Below are positions 48,602 through 60,957 of a stretch of 64,000 bases of DNA, piece by piece (position 1 is the first letter of the stretch; every line of letters begins with the position of its first letter). The stretch is from Laetmonice hystrix. Its lineage: Eukaryota. Position numbers and translations under genes: made by a program. The notes below the pieces were generated by a model that was not told where the DNA came from, did no database searches, and worked only from the letters and a program-made list of their open reading frames with translations. The DNA is taken from assembly GCA_965235115.1 (NCBI GenBank), contig OZ249442.1:32736001-32800000 (forward strand), given 5' to 3'.

Positions 48602-50753
48602 CAGTATTGTGCAAAAAAAGTCTTAGAGTTTAAAATGTGGAGCATAATCGCCTATATCTATTTATATACTGCTCTCCCGAAAGACAGCAGTGTCTGTAAA
48701 ATTGTGAAATTGAGAAAATCGACCCTAAAGTATATCCCTCAGCCATATTAAAGTATTTGAACGACTTAAAAGTAATTATGGCATAAATACTCGGCATTAA
48801 AATCACCTTTTATGGCCCTTTTTGGCGCAATTCTTTTGTTTAATCTGTGGTCTTGTGATTTAACAATTTGAACCCCGCCAGAAAAATCAATAAAGAAATA
48901 GAATGAGTAATTCTGCCGCTTTTTCATGGTAACATGGATGAATTCTGTACTCCTTATACAACATCATCTTTCAGGCCATCATTATAAAAACCCCGCTGCT
49001 TTTCATAATACGCCACGTAGAAATCCATGCGCATTTGACGATGCGTTTGGAGAGCACCATAATGGACCATCGGACAGACAAAAGCCCTGCTCTCTTCTGT
49101 TTCTTCTGTCCCTGCATCATTAATCCACAACCCGTTCTTTGCATTGAACGCCATTCAGAACCGGTTGTAACATTTTCATGGTCGCCAGGAAACAACAGGC
49201 GAGCCATTACCAACTGTGCACCAGGCTGATCGGTTTAGATTACATTCCGACCATTCCAATTTGGATTAAAATGAGAGGGTGCTCGGTAAATGGAGTGGAA
49301 TGGCAAATGAACCTTACGATTTAAATAATCTGGTATCCAGCAGAGAATGAGGAGAGGGTTCGGTTACATATTCATGTGTCCTTCCTCGGGACGAGAACCT
49401 CCGTCGAATGGAGGTTAAATCGATTAGATTAAGCAATGTGTTCTACTTTTATGTTTCAGGAAGGGTGTCCTTTGGGAATATGTAGACTACATAGAACGAT
49501 TATTTAATATCAGAATGCATTTTTCAGTGAACGGTAGAAGTAGTCATTTAAACTTTTAGTGGATCCTAATGGACCGTGCTGGTTTCCTGCTTCTGATCCT
49601 GTCCTAATTGCCGAACTGAATTGCGCAGCGCGAGCCTTAATTGCCGAACTAGATTACATGGCGTATGATGTCGCTCTGATGTTGGCTTTAATTGCCGCCA
49701 GGGTGCGGTATAGGACAATTACGTCCATGTAATTCGGTATGACCCACGCCCTTTGCTCTTATCTCGACGTAGTCTTTGATTAAGGACTCGGACTATTATC
49801 ATCGGCGTTCTTTTAATCACAGATTGTTGTGAGTGTGTTGCGTTTCCATTCCACCTACGGTTCCTCTTGGCCCACCTGAAGAGGGGGAGCAAGCTAGAAA
49901 TAGGAACAGAAGCCGCTATTATTGAGACATGTTCGGATCATTCAATAAAAATTCAATTCAATTCAATCACCAGGCCCTACCTGCTACTGTAAGGTCGAAG
50001 TTTATATTTCAGAATAGCCCAGTTTATAACGTGTACACACATTAATGACAGTTCCTCGTGCAGTTTACGAATACTTAGTTCGAACAAATGAAATTCCAAC
50101 AAGAACCCAAATGTCTCTGCTATGTTAAACAAGTATGTCATTTCTTTCCTTAATAATATGTATCCGATGGTGACATTTAGCCAAGATAGAAGAATTTGTA
50201 CTTCTGGGCCATAGTAGAAGACAAGAAATTTAAGCCCTGGGCCCTGTTTCATAAAAAATCTTACATTTTAGATTTAATCATATTGTCGATATACGATAGA
50301 TTCTGTTTCATAAAAGATCGTTCTTGTCGAAGAACGATAAATTTGTCACGACCAAATGAAAAATCGCTCAAGTGTTTCATAAAATCGTTCTTGGCTTTTT
50401 TTCAATCGTTATTTCCTCGAAAATAGTCGTTGGCCACGACCACCCCGAGGGTTGTCGTAGGATAATATAAAAACACGAAATGAGTGAATTTTGGCGGAAT
50501 TTTACTACAACCGTCATTTATGGAGAGGAGAAGGAGGCGTCGGTGGTTCTTCGCGTGAATAAACCCAATTAATACTAGGTTTTACGGTGACTTATTCGTG
50601 AAACATATCGTTATTTCTTCGAAAAAAAAAAATCGTTGGCCACGACCACACCGAGGGTTGTCGTAGAATAATATAAAGGCGCGAAATAAGTGAATTTTTG
50701 CGGAATTTTACTTCAACCGTGAATTATGGAGGGGAGAAGGAGATGGTTCTTCG

Positions 50754-51207
50754 CGAATAGACCCAATTAATAGGTTTGACGGCGACTTATTCGGGAAACG
50801 GTATCGGCTGGACAAGGAGTCAGTGATCGCCCTTTCAAGAACATATGAAGACTCGCCGTTTTGCTCAACGTCCGGCGACCCAAGTAGTATCATGAATATA
50901 GTCAAAGCTTGAATTTGTGTAAAGAACCTAACATTTATTCAAAATTTCCCAAATGTATTACTTAGAAACAAGTAAGGTATACTTCTTTAATAGGGTAATT
51001 CTTCTTAAAGTAATTAAGATGCCTATATCAGCTGTGTAGGCCTAAAACTAACTCACCAAAAAATATGTTAATAACCCCTTCCTCATTTTGCAGATGTGTT
51101 TGGCCCTGTGCTTCTACGCGACGGGGCCCAACTACAGAGTTCTGAGCGACCTCTAGGACTTTAGCAAGCCCACCGTTAGCCGGGCCGTAGGGGAGGTGAC
51201 GGATATT
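50754..51207 (+). pseudogene. Harbinger transposase N-terminal/HTH fragments (two exons, inactivated)
   Basis: 50754-50834 reads RIDPINRFDGDLFGKRYRLDKESVIAL. After a TTTTGCAG acceptor (51093), 51094-51207 reads MCLALCFYATGPNYRVLSDL*DFSKPTVSRAVGEVTDI, matching the Harbinger/HARBI1-type ALRFYATG...TVSR.V..V helix-turn-helix. Premature TAG at 51154. No DDE core was seen. Confidence 0.85.
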
Positions 51208-51599
51208 AAGGGAGTCCATACTGTGCCTCTCTCATCTTGTGCTTTATCTTGGGAGATGATGACTTTTTCTTCTCTTTGTGTTCTTTGTGTTCTTTACTGG
51301 GAACATCCGGGACATGGGGTTTCTTGTGGAGGGCAAAACATAAGACATCTATGCCTACAATGTAGGCCTACATGATTTTATCCTTTATTTACCGGATAAC
51401 AAGCACTAAGTCTTAGTACTAGCCCTAACTAGGTATCTACTATAGGTCTATACGGTGTAGTGTTTTCCATTCAGCAGAAATACTTGGTCGCCCAACCATA
51501 CCAGCCCATTATATACAAGCTTGTAAAGCTTATAGCCCCCACCAATAACTATGGATTCTTGAAGAAACGATGCACGACTTCAATTGATCTTTAAAGGGC

Positions 51600-52735
51600 A
51601 AAGAAAATATTGCCAAAGGAAACTTCGTATGTACTTCGTCCGCATCTTATAGTAACTATGCAGTTATGTACAATTTGATAGTGTTATCCGACGTGAAGTG
51701 TTTTGTCTAGATACAATTGCAAATATGCTTGACCTTGATTGACCTTTAGAGGTTAGTTAAATTCATGGAAATTCATGATTTTCTCGCTCAATTTTTACTA
51801 ATATTAGTAAATTTCACCAGATCCCGTCAGAGTCACAGCCCACCAACTGAGTAGGGACTAATTATCTGTGGGTCCATGAACTCTGTGTACTTGCACCGTT
51901 GTCGAGATACAAGCCAAAACAGTGTTATGGGGAGTAGAAATAATACTGTGACCGCCATGTCGCCATATTTGCTCTGATCTGAGAATACATGGGCATATTC
52001 ATTGCCCCTCATATGCACCTTCTTTCTACCAAATTTGAAAGAAATCGGGATCGTTTTGTCTGAGTTATTGCTCCAAATGTGATTATATCCAAGATGGCCA
52101 CCACGCGGCCATTTTGACTGATGTCAAAAATATCTTTGACCTGCCTCTACCTTGGACTGTACCTGATCATTATGTAATGTTTCATGCAAGATTATGTTGT
52201 TATCGTCAACTGTTTTAAAGATCCAGGCTATTGAAAATCTGCATGACCTTGATTGACCTTTCAAGGTCGCTCAAGGTCATGGAAAATGGGGCCAAATGAA
52301 ACTTCATATATGACTTCCTATCTATCAATAATAGTAACTATTGCGTCATCTTGCACCGTTTTCGAGATATAAGCCAAAACAGTGTCATTGTGGGGGGTCA
52401 AGAAACAAATATGGCCGCCATGTCGCCATTTTGAATCTGAATTGAAATTGAATTGCGATGCATATTGGCCATCATTATGCCTCCTCCCTGGACCAGGTTT
52501 GAAAGAAATCGTGACTGTTTTGGCTGAGATATTGATGAAAATGTGTTTACATCCAAGATGGCCGCCAAACGGCCATTTTGAATGATATCAAAAATCTGTT
52601 TGACGTGCATCATAGTCAGATCATCCCTGATCATTGTGTGAAGTTTCAAAGAAATCGACCCATACACTTCTGAGAAATCGCTGTCTACGGACATACGAAC
52701 GTGCGTACATACGGCAGAACAAGCATGTGTCAAGG
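51600..52735. mobile_element. Non-autonomous interspersed repeat with diverged ~460-bp modules, nested in the Harbinger element
   Basis: TTGCACCGTT..CGAGATA.AAGCCAAAACAGTG recurs at 51891 and 52351. TGACCTTGATTGACCTTT, CCGCCATGTCGCCAT and TCCAAGATGGCC..CGGCCATTTTGA each occur twice. It ends in an ACGGACATACGAACG microsatellite-like tail. The family (Helentron-associated/DINE-like) is inferred. Confidence 0.5.
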
Positions 52736-55700
52736 GGGTATTCCCGGAATTCCCCTCCTGACGTCACTATTCAGTTCATTCAACTGGTTCCCGGTTGTTT
52801 TACCCAGGGTCGACGAGGAACGATTTTCAAATATGTAACGATTTTGATTTTCTTCAACGATGCACTTTATGAAACGGAACCGACGATATATCGTAACGAT
52901 TATCGTTCCTGCTACGATTTTTTAAGAATTATCGTTCTTTTTTTGGTCGTGGTTTATGAAACAGGGCCCTGGAGAAAGGAATATTGTGGCCAGTTATTTT
53001 TATGAGTAATTAGTGATTGAATACGTATGGCGTTATTAAAGTGTTCACTCTGGCTCATATAACCTGTCTCATGTATCACCATATAGAACCGTATTATTAC
53101 AATACACTACACCTGTCCACAGTCTCCACTCAGAATACTCGGTTAAGCTTTTCATCATCTTTATTTACGATATCTCGGTTCGTATGAACACGGCGCTGTA
53201 ACATAAGATTTCGAGGAAGAAAAAAAATAATCATTGCCACGAGCAATTAGTTTGAGGGAAGACATAATATTGATTGACAATACAGTAAATCTACTGAATG
53301 TCATGACATCAGTTGTAAACGTCTAGGACATTGACCATATCCATTTAAAGCCATCGTCATTTTAAGAAGTTTTTGAGCAGAGTTGCGCATGTTTCGAAGA
53401 CCTATCATGAACTTCCCGTAGAATCTTGGCGGGCTTGGAGATGCTAACTCAGCAGACACAAATTATAATAATTAAAATCATTTGGCACCACTTCAGAAGT
53501 ACGAATATTGTTGAGATGAATAGATCCCACACACTGTCCTGAGGCAGATCTTTATCTCGACATAATTCTTTAAGATCTATCGTAGCTTTTGTGACGTGGA
53601 GTAGTGATAAGCATGCTGACGTCATAGCTCATCTCTCTTGAGACACACGCGAGATTTTGAGAGTTTGAGTAGAACTTCCGGCTTTCACTTCAAAGCCTGG
53701 CGTACAGTAACAATTAACCGCCCGATGACAGGTGACGCAAGCTCACCTAGGAACACTTCCTGTCTCTGTTTCCGATAGGTGCCTCCGGATCAATCATCGA
53801 AGTAGCTTTTTTTTCAAGAAATTAGCAGACGACATTTTGGACGCGCAACAAATGACGTCACTTCCTCCTAGCGACTGGGGCGTAAGGCGAAAGTTACACT
53901 TAATTAAGACTGGAAATGAATTTGGTTTTATATATCGAGCTTTGCAAGGTTTTAAAACGAAGCCGCGACAGTCAGGTCCGTTCTTTCTTAACCATATTAG
54001 AAGAACGGAAATAGGTAGACGACGTCTGTACGATATAAAAAAAAACTCATTATAAGGACCCTGCGCGAGGGAAACTTTGTATGCTAGCAAACCTACCCCT
54101 GTACAAAACATGTATCAATGATACCACTGTTTTTTTCTATTAAATCTGTCATAAGAAGAAATCCTGGACCACCCACATTCTTATATGACACGTTGGATAT
54201 AATTCTTAAACAATAAACCTTAGACAATACGGCATACAGTGAGAAACTAGGTCGTTACGGATTCAATATGACAAATCAATCACTGTACTACTCATTAATT
54301 ATTTTACGGGGAATTGGCTTCTTCACCTCACACCTCAAGATAAACCTGATTCCTACATGTGCCAATCAGCCATCGAGCCTCCCCTGCCTGTCGGCGGCCC
54401 ACAGCCGAATCACTCAGTGAGCCACATGATTGAGAGGGCCTCAGTGCCTCGCCTAACTTACCAACTTCAAGACGCACCAAACATTACCATTGCTCTCCTC
54501 ATTAACTCTCTCACTTAGGCATTTCACACCAGTGACAGTGGTGTGACCGTCGAGTTTACAACACTGCCGATAAGGCACGCTGAACAACCGCTTGGCTGCG
54601 TCCTTTGGTCGACAGAAGTGGTCCATGAAACCAACCGGTCGAACAACCCATGTACATATTCAATCAAGGAGTGTTTACCTCTGCCAAGTTATACTAATTG
54701 CCACATCAATCACTCGAGCGGAATCTTTTCCCGCCCCAGTCTGCCACCGCGAGGCCGATGGTCGGTACTTGATTACAGAGCGGAGGGATTTCTTCTTCCC
54801 GCGGAGGAGGAGGTGGATGTAAACGACGGCGTGCCGGACTATAATCAGGCAGCAACCAGGCAGTTCTGGGTCTCTCATTATACTGCATACCGCCATGACC
54901 GACGTAGGATTATTAGGCTGTCTGCACATCATAAGTCTATACAACCACCGAATAAAGATTGATATAGCAAGGCTACATCCACTTCGACTATACAGATTGA
55001 TTTGGAAAAAAATCACGGTTCCTTGTTTTTGCGACCGTCATTTTACTTGACAGCGTTTGTGCCGTATCAAAGACTTGGAAGGCCTTGTTCCATGCATACT
55101 AGGCCTATTATACAAGTATACAAAAACGTATCTTGGTGCTGCCATGGATGGGATTTCTTTTCGTTGTACTTTCTTGCATTGTGTATTTCTCTGTTTACAT
55201 ATGCGGTTACAATTCAACACAGTTAACATGACACTACTCTGGGCCATAATGTTAGTGGAGTCTTTCTGAAATTCGAAAAGCAGTCGTCTAATATGGCAGT
55301 TCTGCTTCGTTAAGACTGTCAAACGTTTCCCCCTTGGTTGTATGGCAGTAGTCAAGGAACGACCAGACCAAACGACAAACGGAAAACGTAGGTCGTTAGT
55401 ACGATTTCGATTTACCTCCAAAATATCATTTGTAATAATGAAGCCGAGATGTCTCTGAGATCTTACATAACGTGTCGGGGGGGGGGGGGGATTAATCATT
55501 TCGTGATGCGCAAGTCCTCGGCAACCCTCGGCTGTTTCCGACGTCATAGTGAGGGGATTTGAAGCCAGGGTTTCGCCACGTCCTGCCTGGCGCGGGACCT
55601 CAAGAGGTCCCAACCATCGCTCCGTGAACAGTAATCATCGGTCCTCTGCTCTCCCAGTAATTCCATTTGGAAAATTATTGAGTAGCTCGTCATCCAGGCT

Positions 55701-58639
55701 TCTACATAATTGGTGATGTGTCAGTTCAATTAGCTAATGCTTTGTTTCTGAGATGATTGACTTATTTAGTTATTGTGATCCATCCCCGTTGTCCTGGGCC
55801 ACGTCACATCCGGTCCAAACCACCCACTGAGAATCGCCCTTAATTACGTCAGTCTTTCTTGCCAGGCACAGAAACTGCACCATGAAAGAAACTTCATAAT
55901 CTAAATGAGAAAAATGATCGATTTCCAAACGAATTCTCCCTTGTTCCAGTCATCTTTTCTAAATGCCTTAGATTCTTTTATGCGGGTCCTTGGAAATATT
56001 TGAATATTTCCGGAAGAGTTAACACTTGAATACCAGAGCAGACATCCTGCAGAACGTTGCTACGTGACATAAACCCAGTTTTCTGCTGTGCCAGGAAACC
56101 TTCAGACGTATAGATCCACAGATGTAGGGAGACGGGCAGACAACCAGACACATGTTGCTGCCCGTTTGACGACAAACACAAAGTCGTCAGTGACAATTGT
56201 AGTCCACTGGAACTCTTTCATCCCTCCTAAATTGGCTCTGGGACCAATTACCTAATGCACCATCGGAGGGACGCCTGCTCCAGTGGCTTAGTCCTGTGAT
56301 CAACGGCCGGAGAGGCACACTTAATTACCTCCAGTCGACTAATTACCAACAGGGCCGAAGACGAGAATGAGCAACGCATAATACCAGCACGATCATCCAT
56401 CAAGTTTTAGCAATGAATAGAGTAATACCCGCGCACAGATGCCCTCGAGGGGTGGTGTGGTGATATATTCGGCAGAAGACTTAATTTGAAAATACAAAAT
56501 CTATATCGTAGTGAGATGCCTTATCTGGAGAATTACAAATTGCTCGTGCATATAAGGAGAAGAGTCTGTATGGTGATTTCATGGCGAAGTTTGAGATAAA
56601 CATACGTTATGTATTATTTTCTTTTTCTTAATTTTTTATGGAGGCACGGTACGAATATCTCGATTCTAATTTCACCGCAATCATGAGTTCTCGTCTTCTC
56701 AAGGATAATTTCGGGTTTTACCAAATTTGTCGATTGGAATTGGCCTGACCTTGCAGCACGCATGTTTTGCGTCCCTTTCCCTGGACCGCTGACTTCATTT
56801 CGCGTTCCCTGAAAGCGATATAATCACCCTGTTTCTGGTAACAGATCGGTTGATCGCGAGTGACTTGACGATTTCATCCGACATTGATCCAGTATCTTGA
56901 GTAGCTAAACCGATCCTTATCACAATATCGTTTAGCTTGGCCACCAGCTGCTTCGTGCGCATGCGTGCCCTGCCCTTACTGGGGTCACTGCCAGTGGGAA
57001 GTTTCTTGTTAAAACACAAATTAACAGTACCACTGTCCTTTAATTGGGATTCTGAACATGCTTCTTAACAATTATCTAGAAAATAATTGAGGCTTAACTC
57101 TTGTGCTATTCCTGAGGCGAGCAGTAATGTTATAACTGGTTTCAACACTGCATCTATTGATTATATAGGCTTGCAAAGTCGTACAGTCGTGAAGTAATTT
57201 TGAATCCATGAGATCATTAAATTCATTCGAGCTTTAATTTACAGTCGTTGCTAAATGCCAATTTCACTTTGATAATTTGACTCGGGTACAGGAGCTGACT
57301 CTGATATAACACTAACCCCTGGGGCACCCGGGCCCCACAACGGTAGACATTGTCACCTCACCTTGGAACGTCGACACTGCAGGCACAGTATTGGTTGTGA
57401 CCCGCTAAAGGCAGGGTTGAAAAGAAATCACCATCAGTCGGCGACAGTGACAAGTGAAATTAGATACAATTTACACAGCCGCATTTGGTTGCAAATAAAA
57501 TATAATATTACATCATTTAATTGCACTGCCATGCGACAACTAAGTACCGCTGGCAATTATGATAAGACCGTTCTGTTTACGGGGAATTTTTGATTTCTAC
57601 ATTGAACAAAATGATAAGACGTCCTGATGGATTTGCCACAGCCTTATCATTTGGTACTTCCATAGATGATTAGAGTCTCATATTTAGCGCTGAAATGATT
57701 TGGAAGAGCTCTCCAGTATGTATTCTCAGTTCATCCAACTAGTCGCCTTTTAATCCATCCATTGCCCGTATCTCATTGTTTTGATCCCATCTGGCCCCAT
57801 CAACCATTAACTTCCGGTTTAGTCTGGATTCAGACTGTTTTCTTATGTAAATAAATCCAGGGGGCATGCGCAATGACCCTCGGTCTGAAATAGCCATAGC
57901 AACACAATTAGAAAGGAAACTTGTTTTCATAACGAGGCTCTCCGGTGTGTTTTCTGCCCTGCCCCTGTGGCGCCCTCTACATCAGCAGCGGCAGAGCGTC
58001 GGACGTCGGGTCTGTCCCCCTGGTGGGATGCCGTTATCGTGCGATCCCAACGTAGGCCGACGTTAACACAGGAGAGAGTAAAACTATTGAACCCGAGGAG
58101 GGAAAGGGTGGTAAATTATTCAGGTCGAGGGGTGGTAACTGGTGCATAGGGATAGAGAAATGTATGGAAAGAATTCTATTCGACAGGCTGCGTCGCTGGA
58201 CCCTGTAATAATTGCACGATCTACATTAAAACAAAATTGAGTGTCTTTCGGCAACAGCTTGGGTCTCTGCCTCCACGGCGGACTGCCGATAAATGATTAA
58301 TGTACACACAGAATCTCATAAAATGGTATTACTTAATGCATAGTGGAATTGTCCATGGCGCTATTGCGCTTTTAATATCTCTTTATTGACTGAATGAATG
58401 CGTAATGATATAGTCATAACTGTTGATATTTAGGACGTTAATTTTTTTTTAACTGTACACATCCAAAATTATCTTTTCACTCTTTCCTACACCCGATACG
58501 TGTATCAAGGGGGTTTCTGCTGACTCTTACTGCTTGACGTCTGCGCCTCTATCCTTCTGATTCTTCTTATACTGTCTTGATACACAGAATTTGTGCTTGA
58601 TATACATTCTCTGGTATGTGCCTTACTATACTTTCTACA

Positions 58640-59565
58640 ACTCCTTGCCACAATGTCTAAGGTCAGCGTCTTACAATATATTCTTACCACTCCTTGCCAC
58701 AATGTTTAAGGTCAGCGTCTTACAATATATTCTTACCACTCCTTGCCACAATGTCTAAGGTCAGCGTCTTACAATATATTCTTACCACTCCTTGCCACAA
58801 TGTCTAAGGTCAGCGTCTTACAATATATTCTTACCACTCCTTGCCACAATGTCTAAGGTCAGCGTCTTACAATATATTCTTACCACTCCTTGCCACAATG
58901 TCTAAGGTCAGCGTCTTACAATATATTCTTACCACTCCTTGCCACAATGTCTAAGGTCAGCGTCTTACAATATATTCTTACCACTCCTTGCCACAATGTC
59001 TAAGGTAAGCGTCTTACAATATATTCTTACCACTCCTTGCCACAATGTCTAAGGTCAGCGTCTTACAATATATTCTTACCACTCCTTGCCACAATGTCTA
59101 AGGTCAGCGTCTTACAATATATTCTTACCACTCCTTGCCACAATGTCTAAGGTCAGCGTCTTACAATATATTCTTACCACTCCTTGCCACAATGTCTAAG
59201 GTCAGCGTCTTACAATATATTCTTACCACTCCTTGCCACAATGTCTAAGGTCAGCGTCTTACAACATATTCTTACCACTCCTTGCCACAATGTCTAAGGT
59301 AAGCGTCTTACAACATATTCTTACCACTCCTTGCCACAATGTCTAAGGTAAGCGTCTTACAATATATTCTTACCACTCCTTGCCACAATGTCTAAGGTCA
59401 GCGTCTTACAATATATTCTTACCACTCCTTGCCACAATGTCTAAGGTCAGCGTCTTACAATATATTCTTACCACTCCTTGCCACAATGTCTAAGGTAAGC
59501 GTCTTACAATATATTCTTACCACTCCTTGCCACAATGTCTACGGTCAGTGTCTTACAATATATTC
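58640..59565. repeat. 49-bp minisatellite, ~19 copies (CCACTCCTTGCCACAATGTCTAAGGTCAGCGTCTTACAATATATTCTTA)
   Basis: Near-identical head-to-tail units with no spacers. Confidence 0.98.
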
Positions 59566-59584
59566 CTTGAATCCTTTACATCGT

Positions 59585-59668
59585 CTCCTCCTCCTGCCCT
59601 CCTCCTGCCCTCCTCCTGCCCTCCTCCCCCTCCCTCCTCCTCCCCTCCTCCCCCTCCTCTTCCCCTCC
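59585..59668. repeat. C-rich (CCT)n-like low-complexity tract
   Basis: Direct inspection. Confidence 0.85.
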
Positions 59669-60876
59669 GCGTACTCCATCGACGCCTATGGTCGGCGTCT
59701 GTCGCCCTTCTTACGTAATATTGATTGCCCTCATTTTCCTCGTCTCATTGAGTTATCTACGTTAAACCATCTTCCTTCACTTTTTCTGTTAGCAGGACAC
59801 TCTATTATCTACTCCTATCCCCATATATTCTATTGTCTATTATTTATGACGTAGACTCCCCCATTACCCACTTGAAGGAATATCATAAAAGGAGACGCAG
59901 TACCGAGGTGGTTGATTTATAATTGATGAAGTAATGACGCCTTGTTCTCCACCATAAATCAAGGCATCAGCACCATAAATCAAGACATCAGCACAAAGGC
60001 GTGGTGTCCATTTGACTTAAGACGTCGGAGTCGTCTGGCCGCGAGTAGAGACCCAACGACAAGAATATGAGGATCTTTCCAATTCATGTCAACGTCTCTG
60101 AAAAATTAGACAATAAAAACAGCAAAGTTAGACACAGCCCGGGAGCCAGGGCAAGAAAGGGCGGCTGAATGGGAATAAGGTTTTATGTTTCATGAACGGA
60201 ATTTATTTTCTCCTTCTATACCATGTTCGGTCCATATACACATCCAGCCTTTGAAGCGTCGCGTTTTAATCATCCTTAACTTGATAACTATCTCCCACGT
60301 GATCTCAATCCGAGAAGATTGCCACCATAATGTCGTTACTCATCCTGGAACTTCCCATTCTATGTTTGCCAATGAATCCTATGAGGTCTAATTCGCTTAT
60401 TTACACGGCCTTTGCGTCATGGCAAACTTGATACAGAAGTGGTCCGTAGTCACCATGCTAATGTATGTTATTGACAAACGAGATTTTATTCAAATTGTAA
60501 TCGAGAGTTTTTAGACGTCGTTAATCAAAAGCCTTGAATCCAATCTAGACGTCTTTAATCATCGCGTTAACGGTTTCCGATTCTATTACGTGCATTTCCA
60601 GTGTTAGACTTCAATCCCTCCACTCCTTACGTCCTCCCAAGCAATTCAGTCATATCGATCTCTGACCAGACGCCAACGATTCCCAGACCTCACATGGACG
60701 CTCAGTGGTGTTCACCAGAGGATCGGTTTGGTTCCCATCAACCTGGCGCTCCCGGCCTAGAAGCCGACACTGATGAGACGTCAAGTGCAGGCATTAGACT
60801 TGGAAATCCTTCAAATTGAAAAGATGCTCCGAACTGTCTTCCTTACAGCAACCTAGCTAAGGATAACTGTGAGGCG

Positions 60877-60901
60877 CTCTCTCTCTCACTCTCTCTCTCG
60901 T

Positions 60902-60947
<46 letters not shown>

Positions 60948-60957
60948 TCTCCTCTCT
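60877..60957. repeat. Imperfect (CT)n microsatellite
   Basis: Direct inspection. Confidence 0.92.

Larger units (their letters stand above)
50240..52968 (+). mobile_element. Defective PIF/Harbinger DNA transposon, 2729 bp
   Basis: Perfect 16-bp TIR GGCCCTGTTTCATAAA (50240-50255) / TTTATGAAACAGGGCC (52953-52968). CTG TSD at 50237-50239 and 52969-52971. TTTCATAAAA and ATCGTT subterminal repeats at both ends, plus internal transposase fragments. Confidence 0.9.

Noticed and set aside
54543-54962. 139-aa ORF with EGFLLPAEEE (EB1-tail or LINE ORF1-like)
   Set aside because: The motif is too short and the rest of the ORF has no recognisable domain.
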